NCBI GenBank assembly: GCA_051546255.1
Contig: CP128818.1
Location: 682,001-746,000, forward strand
Source of the DNA: Meyerozyma guilliermondii
Taxonomy: Eukaryota
DNA length: 64,000 bases
Reading direction: 5' to 3'
A program made the translations under genes and the position numbers. This document shows positions 54,199 through 63,024 of the stretch, in pieces; position 1 is the first letter of the stretch, and every line of letters starts with the position of its first letter. The notes below the pieces were generated by a model. That model was not told the origin of the DNA. It searched no databases and saw nothing but the letters and a program-made list of their open reading frames with translations.

Positions 54199-54837
54199 TC
54201 ACCTCATTGACCGAGCAATGGGGGTCTGAAACCCTTTTGTGTCGGCCGAAGGATGGCGAGAACGCACCCGCGGAGTCTGTGCTGGACCCGAGCCCGAATT
54301 GGACCGTATTTTGAACGAAAATGTGTTGTTTTGGTGCGATAAGATGTCAGTGCTAATGTTGGCGGAAATGTCAGCTCCAGCTGTAGAATCGTTAAACTCG
54401 TCTGGCGAGCCAATTACTTCCTGACGCAAATGGGTACGACCGTTAGCCAAGAAGTCGGCCAAGAGAGCCCCTGAGTCCTCTATTTCGGCATTTTGCTCGG
54501 TAAACATGGGAGTAAGAATTGTGGTATCGTGGGTCTTTTGCAAATCGGAATCTGAATTCAAGTATCGATCACGAAGACTCAAGTCCATCCAGCGGTTCTG
54601 GTGCAATTGTCTTCGATTTTTCGTCATTTTGGACCCTGTAACCGACAAGTTCATAGCAAGACCATCTTCGTCATCTTCATCGAGTAGGAGGTGGGGAAGC
54701 ACATTTGCAGTGGCTTCCATCAACGACAGCGTATCGATATCGTCGTAGGGAATAGGAGCTTCTTTCCATAGTTCCATATGCAAAACATGGCTCAGGCTGT
54801 TCAAATGTGCGTACGAGTAAGCCGAATCACGGGACAT
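54199..54837 (-). CDS. SWM1: APC/C subunit Apc13/Swm1-like
   Basis: N-terminal RDSAYSYAHL..HVL...W....IPYDDI and internal RWMDLSL resemble the Apc13 motifs. The remainder is low complexity. Confidence 0.6.
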   Translation of the reverse strand: MSRDSAYSYAHLNSLSHVLHMELWKEAPIPYDDIDTLSLMEATANVLPHLLLDEDDEDGLAMNLSVTGSKMTKNRRQLHQNRWMDLSLRDRYLNSDSDLQKTHDTTILTPMFTEQNAEIEDSGALLADFLANGRTHLRQEVIGSPDEFNDSTAGADISANISTDILSHQNNTFSFKIRSNSGSGPAQTPRVRSRHPSADTKGFQTPIARSMR

Positions 54838-55168
54838 GAGAGAAGAGTTAAGACAATCGGGTGCGAATAAAGATTGATCGAAATTGATTTTCGCGGAGAA
54901 TTACGCAGAGAAGTAGCGAGCAGTCGCAGCGAGCAGCCGCGCGAAAGAGAGGCTGCGAATTATTTCGCACTTTGACTGATTCGCGCCAACTGATAGAAGA
55001 TGGTCATAATAATGTACAATTGTAAGCGGTAAAAGGTAACGAACCAAGAATCCGGATTGTTCTACGTTGAGTTGCAAGACATAAATTTGTTATATACTGT
55101 TTAGGTTGACCAGTTAACTAGTAACTTTCATTGAAATTATCAGCTTCACGTATCAGTCAACTTACCCA

Positions 55169-55939
55169 CTAAAGCATTCCCACGAGCGAAAGCATGACGG
55201 CCAACGCAGAGAGCTCGAGCTTTCTTCCAAAATTCTCAGTAGCTGACGACACCGTGGAATTAGCTGAACTACTTGTCGTAGAAGAAGATGTCAGATTAGA
55301 AGAGCCGTGGCCAGAGTGCTCATCATGGTCGTCGTCCTCGACTAAAAACTGAACTTCGCCGCTAGAGGAGTCCAAACAGAAGGTGGCAGAACCATGGTTA
55401 TGGCAGCCAGTGTAGCTTGAAGGCGTGGTTGTTGGGGCTGGGGAAATGTAGCCTTCATTTCCACTTCCATCTTTACAGAATAGCGACGAACCATGGAAAT
55501 GGCATCCAGTCACGGCGGCGGTTTGTGCCGCGGCAGAGGTGACGTGGGCTACTGATGAGTCCAGCGACAGAGGAGTACCGATGCTCTGGTTGGAGGAATT
55601 GTCTTGAGAGGAACTGTCAGAAGAACTTTCGTGGTGGTGGTGGTGGTCGTCCTCGTCGTCGTGGTCATGGCTGTCGCTAGTGCCTGTCGCCTTTGAGTCA
55701 CCCTCTGCCACAAATTGGACTTCGGCGTCTCCTTCAGCGAAACAGAACGTCTCGGATCCATGGTTATGACAGCCAGTATAGCTCTTCGGAGCGGCTGTAG
55801 AAGCTGGAGCCGGGGTCACATAGCCTTCATTACCTTCTCCATCGATACAGAATTGAGTAGCGCCGTGGAAATGACACCCGGTGATGGAAGCAGCTTCGGC
55901 GGTGATGGCAGTAGCAAGAAGAACGAGAACCTTGAGCAT
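55169..55939 (-). CDS. secreted, probably GPI-anchored His/Cys-rich protein with four CHxH-x5-C motifs (putative cell-surface zinc-binding protein)
   Basis: Signal peptide MLKVLVLLATAITAEA. Two ~62-aa repeats containing CHFHGATQFC, CHNHGSETFC, CHFHGSSLFC and CHNHGSATFC. His/Asp tracts HDHDDEDDHHHHH and DDDHDEHSGH. Ser/Thr stalk, then ENFG-RK-hydrophobic tail (GPI signal). Confidence 0.85.
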   Translation of the reverse strand: MLKVLVLLATAITAEAASITGCHFHGATQFCIDGEGNEGYVTPAPASTAAPKSYTGCHNHGSETFCFAEGDAEVQFVAEGDSKATGTSDSHDHDDEDDHHHHHESSSDSSSQDNSSNQSIGTPLSLDSSVAHVTSAAAQTAAVTGCHFHGSSLFCKDGSGNEGYISPAPTTTPSSYTGCHNHGSATFCLDSSSGEVQFLVEDDDHDEHSGHGSSNLTSSSTTSSSANSTVSSATENFGRKLELSALAVMLSLVGML

Positions 55940-55943
55940 CCTA

Positions 55944-55978
55944 TGAACTTTTTCGCAGCCGTGAACTTTTTCGCAGCC
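55944..55978. repeat. direct repeat TGAACTTTTTCGCAGCC x2 (18-bp period)
   Basis: Exact copies at 55944-55960 and 55962-55978, immediately upstream of the GPI-gene ATG. Confidence 0.9.
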
Positions 55979-55987
55979 ATTTTAAAT

Positions 55988-56388
55988 TAGTGCCAAGAGT
56001 TTTCATATAACCACTAAAGTGTGCCAGAGGAGCATATTTGTTCTTGGCAGCATGTCGCTACCAAAGGAGGCAAACAGAAAACCATTAAAGAACCACATTG
56101 GGCAATGGAACCTGTCGCTAAGCTTGTTGAATACGATGCAAAATTGAAAATTTTCGATTGCCGCAAATTTGCCCAGAAAACCAAGACCAAAACCTGTCAA
56201 ACTCGACGCACATGATTAATTCTTAAAGAAGGTTAATTTAATTGACCAAAGCAGACAAAACTGACCAGAAGTGTGCCCTGGGCTCAAGGTCTTGCAGCTT
56301 GGATATGCAGACACTTACGAACTCCTTCGGCCTTACCGAAACTCATAGACATTGATGGTTATACAAATTCTTGGCACTCGTATATAAG
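55988..56388. promoter_or_regulatory. bidirectional promoter with Rim101/PacC sites and Zap1-like sites
   Basis: GCCAAG at 55992-55997 (+), 56043-56048 (-) and 56370-56375 (-). TGGTT-core motifs at 56007-56020 (-), 56080-56090 (-) and 56349-56362 (+). CAAGGT at 56285-56290. TATATAAG at 56381. Confidence 0.65.
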
Positions 56389-56414
56389 ATTGTCAAGAAT
56401 GAAGTGTTAAGATA

Positions 56415-57962
56415 ATGATGTGGAAGAAGACATTCTTGCTTGCTGCCTTCGCTTCAGTTACTTTGTGCGATTCCATCACCGACTGTCATGCTCATGGTTC
56501 AGTTTACTACTGTGTAAATACAGATGGTGTTGAGGCGTCAATTTCGCCAGCACCCACTGGGAACCTGAAGCCTTCTAGCTACACTAGCTGCCATAACCAT
56601 GGGTCAGAAACTTACTGTATGAATGGTGACGATGAAGTTAGGTTTATGGTAGAGACTACCGCCGAAAAATCTTCTGCCTCGATCACCAGCATGTCTGCCC
56701 AGACTACTGCTGTCACCGGCTGCCATCTCCACGGTGCAACTCAATTCTGTCTCGATGGAAAAGGTAATGAGGGCTACATGTCTCCAGTTCCAACGAATAC
56801 AAAAAGTGCACCTGTTAGCTATACCGGGTGCCATGCTCATGCTACTGAGACCTACTGTCTTAATGCCGATGGAGAAGAAGTGAAATTTGTGGTTGAGGAA
56901 ACTGTTGAGGCTGCAAGTGGACTGGACGACGATGGTGAAATGGACTGTCATTTTCACGCTGGAGTGGAACATTGTATCAAAAAAGGTCAACCTGAAAGTG
57001 GAGGAGAAGCAAAATCTTGTGCAAGAGTTGACAGAGATTACAATGTACCAGTAAGAATTGGAACCCTTTTTGCTGTTTTGGCAACTAGTGCTATTGGAGT
57101 TTTCTTGCCTTTGATCCTCAAGAAAGTTATGAACACAACCTTGGATGGAACTATTGTGATGTTCTTCAAACAGTTTGGTACTGGAGTCATTCTCTCTACT
57201 GCTCTTGTCCATTTGACCACACATGCTCAATTGATGTTTGCCAACGACTGTTTGACCTTGCACTACGAATCCACATCGACTGCAATTACCATGGCTGGTT
57301 TATTTCTTGGGTTTCTCTCTGAATTTGTAACCACTCGAATTTTGGTTGCAAGAAGAAGAAAGCTCGATGCCGCCACAGGCTTTAAAAGCTCCGAAGAAGA
57401 AGAAGACAAAGATAGTGAGGTTAAACAGCTCGTACATTCTCATACTCATTCTCATGGATCGCCAGTGATCAGTGATGATAATCAGGATAAAATATCTGTC
57501 ATGATGTTGGAAGCTGGTATTGTTTTCCATTCCGTCTTGGTTGGTCTTACAACGGTGGTTGCTGGTGACTCTTATTATATCACTTTGTTCATTGTGATTC
57601 TTTTCCACCAAGCTTTTGAGGGTGTTGCCTTGGGTTCCAGAATTGCCGAGTTACGAAATGTCTCTGTCTGGATCAAAATTATAATGGGTCTAGGATTTGC
57701 AATTACTACTCCTCTTGGTATGGCAATTGGAATTGGAGCTTTGAACTATTTCAACGGAAACGATCCTAGCACAGTTATAGCCATCGGTACGTTGGATGCA
57801 CTTTCAGCTGGTGTCTTATTGTGGGTTGGTATCATTGAAATGTTGGCTCACGACTGGTTGTACGGGACTTTGGCTGAAGCAGGAGTTATCAAGATAATCA
57901 TTGCGTTAATAGGATTGGTGGGCGGAATGGTGCTCATGAGCTTCTTGGGAAAGTGGACATAA
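56415..57962 (+). CDS. ZIP-family zinc importer, ZrfC/Zrt101 type, with a long extracellular Cys/His N-terminus
   Basis: Signal peptide; five CHxH-x5-C motifs ending in CHFHAGVEHC; ZIP core (KQFGTGVILSTALVHL, HSHTHSHG loop, EAGIVFHSVLVG, FHQAFEG..LG, DALSAGVLLW, MSFLGKW). Confidence 0.93.
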   Translation: MMWKKTFLLAAFASVTLCDSITDCHAHGSVYYCVNTDGVEASISPAPTGNLKPSSYTSCHNHGSETYCMNGDDEVRFMVETTAEKSSASITSMSAQTTAVTGCHLHGATQFCLDGKGNEGYMSPVPTNTKSAPVSYTGCHAHATETYCLNADGEEVKFVVEETVEAASGLDDDGEMDCHFHAGVEHCIKKGQPESGGEAKSCARVDRDYNVPVRIGTLFAVLATSAIGVFLPLILKKVMNTTLDGTIVMFFKQFGTGVILSTALVHLTTHAQLMFANDCLTLHYESTSTAITMAGLFLGFLSEFVTTRILVARRRKLDAATGFKSSEEEEDKDSEVKQLVHSHTHSHGSPVISDDNQDKISVMMLEAGIVFHSVLVGLTTVVAGDSYYITLFIVILFHQAFEGVALGSRIAELRNVSVWIKIIMGLGFAITTPLGMAIGIGALNYFNGNDPSTVIAIGTLDALSAGVLLWVGIIEMLAHDWLYGTLAEAGVIKIIIALIGLVGGMVLMSFLGKWT

Positions 57963-58026
57963 AACCACTAAGCGACGAGATCTACAGGAAATTAGTCGTC
58001 TATAATCGTAATATGTATATGGTTTG

Positions 58027-61000
58027 CTAACATGCTGCAATGGGCAGGCATACGGACTCGAACAAGGTGGGTTTCTGCTCGAGTACTTTTGGTTCGTATG
58101 GTGAAGATTTTACAAGTTGGAAAGCACCAGTACCAATGCTCATGGTTTGTCCCAAAATGATACACTCGGAAACACCTTCGATCTGGTCTTTCTTCATGTA
58201 GAAAGCAGCATCAAATAAGTGATCGGTGGTTTTTTCAAACGAAGCCAATTGCAATACAGAGTCTCTCATTTTACTCAATCCAAATCTGGTGATACCCAAC
58301 ACTTCTCCCTTGTACGACATGACGTCTCCAAGAAGCTGGATGTGTCTGGGATCGACGCTCATACCGTGCTTACTCATGGTATAGTCAATTTCTCCAATGA
58401 TAGAAGCCCGAGCTGCCTCGATTCCCAAAACCTCGAAAACTTCAAGAACATGGTTGGTGGTGGTTTTGGTGCCTATAATACCATCGGTGCTCATCACCTG
58501 CTTCAATCCGTATCCTTCAACCAACAATTCCTTCTTGCCGTTGTCTTTGATGTTGATAACTGCTCTGGATATCTCTGGCAAGCCTTTAATGCACACAGAT
58601 GGTAAGGCTCGTTTGAGCTGCTGCATGCGGAAAAAGAGTGAATTCGTGGAGTCAGATGCTCTATAATCATCGGCCATGTTCTTCAACAAATCTGCTTTGG
58701 TTTCTCTCAACGTCACCAAAACGTTGATTCTATCTCTGCCTGCAATCGAAACATCACTAGCCACAATCTTGAGCTTGGGAGCCGTAACTATGGCATGAGC
58801 AATAGACTCTATGGTCAATTCCAACTGAAGCTTCTCGATAGTATCGAGATCAATCTTGACCGAGAGATACGCCAAGTTGTCCTTGTAGACATCTTCGATG
58901 AAAAATGCCACATCTTCTAACAAAGTCTTTTCTATTCTTCCCTTCACCACTCTGGCAGCAATTTCATCATCGTCGTTGACCAAAACTCCATTGATAATAG
59001 GAGTTGAAATCACCTTCGAAGCGTTGATAATTTCCTTGATTCTGGGCACACCAAGTGTGACATTCATAGAAGCAACACCGGCAAAATGGAAAGTCTTTAA
59101 CGTCATCTGAGTACCGGGCTCACCAATAGACTGAGCTCCAATAGCCCCGACAGCAGTTCCGGGTTCAACTTTGGCTCTGGAGTACTTGTATATACACTGG
59201 TCGAGGAACTTGTTGATCGCTTTCAAGGAAATCTTGGACAACTGGTTCACGGCATTGAGCTGGACAGGATCATCTTTGGAGGCAGGGCGGCTCCATCCCG
59301 ATTTAAGGTTCTTGCTTTGTCTTATTTCAGCAAGTTGTGAAGCTTTCTCCAGAACAAACTCTCGTATAGATTTGTAAAATGCTCGTTCAGCATCATTCTG
59401 ATCAATGAACTCTTCACTATCAGCTTCACCCTCTGTAACCGGCTGACCGAGATTATCATATCGAATCAACTTGGCCTCCAAAGGAGCAAGAACATCATCG
59501 GTAGCTTGCAATATCTTGTAGGGTAACAAACCCAAGTCATTGACATCGTAAGTCACATTGTAGGCATGCGACCACTGTCTTGCAAAATTCACAGGACGAG
59601 CGTCTCCCTCCATGTCGAAAGGATCCAAACCGTCACCTCCATAGGTGAATTGAACAATACCATTTGAGGAGTTTCTCACTGTATTGTCGTACTGGGCGGA
59701 AAGATCCTCTAAGGACTTCATCAATCTCCGCGACATATAACCGGTCTCGGCGGTTTTAACTGCGGTATCCACCAACCCTTCTCTTCCTGAAATGGCGTGG
59801 AATAGGAACTCAGGAGGAGAAAGACCAGAAAAGAACGAGTTTCTGACGAAACCTTTGGATTGCGGAGTTTTGGAATTTTTGGTAAAGTGTGGTAACGATC
59901 TGTCTTGGAATCCATCGGGAACACGATTACCTGAAATAATCTGCTGTCCTACAACAGCCACCATTTGCGAGACGTTTAATGTCGAACCCTTGGATCCACA
60001 GGTAGCCATAATCAACGGAGCATTGGCGGAGTCAAGTTCATTGATGCAAACTTCACCAACTTGTTCACGAACTTTGGACAACAATCCTCCAATCTTGGCT
60101 TCCAAAGTTTGCTCTTCGTTACAACCCGGTTGAGTCTCAAGCTTTCCTCTGTTGTACAAGTCGATGAGCTCGTCACACTTGAGATACGCCTGCTCAACCA
60201 TGAGTTCTTTCTTACGCTTCAAATCCGTTCCCGGAGTAACATCATTAATACCAATGGAAAAACCACGGTTTCCAAGGTATCGAGCACAGAGTTTAGCCAT
60301 TCTGTTCATTGCTTCAGCAGCAGCATCGGGTCCGAAATCTCGCAAAATCGTGTAAAATACAGAGTGCTTTTTACCATCGCCTAGTGTCAGCTTGTCCATG
60401 ACACCACTGAGAACTTGCGAGCCACGAATAATGACATAGCCATCATTAGGGGACATTTCATTGGGGTATCCAGGAGCGGGAGGAGTGAAAGCTTTGTTTT
60501 TAGCATCCAAATTAACGATAACGTTGGAGTTTTTATTGGGTTTCATCAAAAGCGAGAAAACCTGTTTTCCTGTCCAAAGCATTACCGGCTTGAAAATCGT
60601 TGGTGGGGGGAGATCGAATTGGAGATCGGCATCAGACATCATGCTGAGAAGCTGTATAAACGTTGCACGATCGTAGAATGAATCTTTGTGTGAAATGAGA
60701 TAAGATCCAGTTATGAAATCTTGCGTGGCAGCGATAATAGGTTCTCCAGATTTCGGAGTCAAGAGATTATTTTTCACTCCCATCAAGTTAATGGCTTCAG
60801 CTCTCGCTTCCTCTGTTTGCGGAACATGCAAGTTCATCTCGTCACCATCGAAATCGGCGTTATATGGGGTACAAACACATTCATTGAGTCTGAAAGTTCT
60901 CCATGGCCGAATCTTGGCATAATGCGATAAGATGGATAATCTATGCAAAGAGGGTTGTCTGTTGAACAAAACAACGTCACCGTCCTCGATATGACGCTCC

Positions 61001-62376
61001 ACAACATCGCCCACATGCAAATTCTTAGCCAACTTGACCTTGTCACCAAAACGCAAATTACGCTTGGCAGCTTCGTTTTGCTTCATCACATAGTTGGCAC
61101 CAGGGTGGACATCTGGTCCGTTGAGGATGAGCTGTTGCAACTTCTTTCTGTTGTAGCGAGTACACTTTTCCGGGTAGGTCAACACTTTTGCAACCCGATC
61201 TGGAACTGCTACCTCGTCAATACGAAGATTTGGATCGGGCGAGATGACGGTTCTGGCTGAAAAATCGACTCTTTTACCTGACAAGTTACCACGGAACCGA
61301 CCTTGTTTTCCCTTGAGACGCTGGCAGAAACCACGAATGGGCTTTGCGGACTTGGCACCTCCACTCATACTAGGAAGTAATGCTGGATTTGCGGCATCGG
61401 AATTGATGTACATGGCCACCGAGAGCTGAAGATAATCCCACTGTTCCATGAGATTATTGATAGAAATACCCTTCTCTATGCCCGCCTTGATAAGAGAGCT
61501 CGTCCACACAATTTCTGTGAGTTTCACGGTAATATCGTCTTCGTTCAGCTGGGCATCCATCATCACCGAGGGACGAATGCAAACAGGAGGAGCTGGCAAG
61601 TACCGCCAGATGTACATTTCCGGTCTTCCTCCACGAGAAGCGTCAATTCCAAAAAGTTCACAATCTTGAGGGGTAATCTGCTTGAACAAATTGAGCACTT
61701 TGAGAGGATTGAGGTCGTCGTGGACCCTTTTAGCGAATTTTTCAACCTCAGGATTACGGGCAAAAACTTCATCAAATTCCTGGTCCCAGGCATCCTTTTC
61801 GGGAGCAGACTTCTTTCCAACCCACCGGAACGTGTCGTGGACGATTTTCAAAGCCGCTGGACCGGATCCACTAGCGGCTTTTTTGACCACTCCGTTTATA
61901 TGGTAGCATCGCAAACAGCGTCGTTGCTTCTTACATTGATCCACCACTTTTTTGAGGGTTTTCATCCGGCGCAAGTTGTCGATTCCTGGTCTCCGAAGAT
62001 CATTGAGGAACTTTCTTTTGGTTTCTTCGTCTAATAGCACGGCGGAACACAGCTTGCAAATGCACTGAAGAACCAGAATTACTGCCCGAAAATACCCCAC
62101 ATGAAACACAGGAAGCGCCAAGCGAATGTGGCCAAAATGACCGTGACACGAGGCCAAGTTTCCATGACAAGTTGAACATTCCAGAGCGTTAGACGAGATT
62201 CCCATCTTTGTGTCTAACGCTCCACCCTCCTTTGCAGAGCGCCCACGCTCCAAATCATAAAGATCTCGAGTCAGAACCTCGACCTCGGACTGCGCGAGGA
62301 TATCCTTGGACGATAATACCCCGAATTCGAGCCCGGCAATCTTCTTGGGTGCAATATCCACCACCACCTCTTTCAT
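58027..62376 (-). CDS. RPO31: RNA polymerase III largest subunit C160
   Basis: CHGHFGHIRL, RGNLSGKRVDFS, YNADFDGDEMN, TAETGYMSRRLMK, VSECIILGQ. No CTD heptads. Confidence 0.97.
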   Translation of the reverse strand: MKEVVVDIAPKKIAGLEFGVLSSKDILAQSEVEVLTRDLYDLERGRSAKEGGALDTKMGISSNALECSTCHGNLASCHGHFGHIRLALPVFHVGYFRAVILVLQCICKLCSAVLLDEETKRKFLNDLRRPGIDNLRRMKTLKKVVDQCKKQRRCLRCYHINGVVKKAASGSGPAALKIVHDTFRWVGKKSAPEKDAWDQEFDEVFARNPEVEKFAKRVHDDLNPLKVLNLFKQITPQDCELFGIDASRGGRPEMYIWRYLPAPPVCIRPSVMMDAQLNEDDITVKLTEIVWTSSLIKAGIEKGISINNLMEQWDYLQLSVAMYINSDAANPALLPSMSGGAKSAKPIRGFCQRLKGKQGRFRGNLSGKRVDFSARTVISPDPNLRIDEVAVPDRVAKVLTYPEKCTRYNRKKLQQLILNGPDVHPGANYVMKQNEAAKRNLRFGDKVKLAKNLHVGDVVERHIEDGDVVLFNRQPSLHRLSILSHYAKIRPWRTFRLNECVCTPYNADFDGDEMNLHVPQTEEARAEAINLMGVKNNLLTPKSGEPIIAATQDFITGSYLISHKDSFYDRATFIQLLSMMSDADLQFDLPPPTIFKPVMLWTGKQVFSLLMKPNKNSNVIVNLDAKNKAFTPPAPGYPNEMSPNDGYVIIRGSQVLSGVMDKLTLGDGKKHSVFYTILRDFGPDAAAEAMNRMAKLCARYLGNRGFSIGINDVTPGTDLKRKKELMVEQAYLKCDELIDLYNRGKLETQPGCNEEQTLEAKIGGLLSKVREQVGEVCINELDSANAPLIMATCGSKGSTLNVSQMVAVVGQQIISGNRVPDGFQDRSLPHFTKNSKTPQSKGFVRNSFFSGLSPPEFLFHAISGREGLVDTAVKTAETGYMSRRLMKSLEDLSAQYDNTVRNSSNGIVQFTYGGDGLDPFDMEGDARPVNFARQWSHAYNVTYDVNDLGLLPYKILQATDDVLAPLEAKLIRYDNLGQPVTEGEADSEEFIDQNDAERAFYKSIREFVLEKASQLAEIRQSKNLKSGWSRPASKDDPVQLNAVNQLSKISLKAINKFLDQCIYKYSRAKVEPGTAVGAIGAQSIGEPGTQMTLKTFHFAGVASMNVTLGVPRIKEIINASKVISTPIINGVLVNDDDEIAARVVKGRIEKTLLEDVAFFIEDVYKDNLAYLSVKIDLDTIEKLQLELTIESIAHAIVTAPKLKIVASDVSIAGRDRINVLVTLRETKADLLKNMADDYRASDSTNSLFFRMQQLKRALPSVCIKGLPEISRAVINIKDNGKKELLVEGYGLKQVMSTDGIIGTKTTTNHVLEVFEVLGIEAARASIIGEIDYTMSKHGMSVDPRHIQLLGDVMSYKGEVLGITRFGLSKMRDSVLQLASFEKTTDHLFDAAFYMKKDQIEGVSECIILGQTMSIGTGAFQLVKSSPYEPKVLEQKPTLFESVCLPIAAC

Positions 62377-62480
62377 GGTTGATTTGAAAAATTCGATGCG
62401 AAGAATTATATATTGTGCGGGTGCACGGGTGCAGATCTGGATAAGTGCGATTTTGGAGAGTCGGTTGAGGTTATTGCCAC

Positions 62481-62687
62481 ATGAGTGAACCCAAGGAAGA
62501 GCACGTTTTCAAGACGTTAGAAGAAGACGACGAGTTTGAGGACTTTCCTGAAGACACAAAGTGGTCGACAGAAGCCTCTAATAAGGCTCAAGGTGCTAGT
62601 TTATGGGAAGAAGATTGGGACGACGACGACGTTCAGGACCAGTTTTCTCAGCAGTTGCGAGAGGAATTGAAGCGTGCTAGAAAGTAA
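62481..62687 (+). CDS. SEM1: 26S proteasome lid subunit Sem1/Dss1
   Basis: LEEDDEFEDFP...WEEDWDDDDV.DQFSQQLREEL. Confidence 0.95.
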   Translation: MSEPKEEHVFKTLEEDDEFEDFPEDTKWSTEASNKAQGASLWEEDWDDDDVQDQFSQQLREELKRARK

Positions 62688-63024
62688 GGAAAAGAGGAAA
62701 AGAGAGAAAACGAGGATATAGAATTGAATGAGAGAATCAATGAAATTTTACGAGAGAATGTAGAAATCATTTGATATTGAATGAATCAAGAGATGAAAGG
62801 CAGTTTGTACAAAGAAACATAAAGAAAAGTAAATTTATAGGAACAAAAATCGAGAGAACGTTATGTTTTGATTGAGATGCTTGATTGAAATGTTCTTGAA
62901 ATATTTCCGTTAATGGGTAGCTAATATTCATCTATTGGATCATGAATCACCTATAAAAGCTCTTGTGATAACACCGTAGTTGAAAGTAAGTTCTTGCTCA
63001 AATTCTGCTTTGCCCTATTACTAC

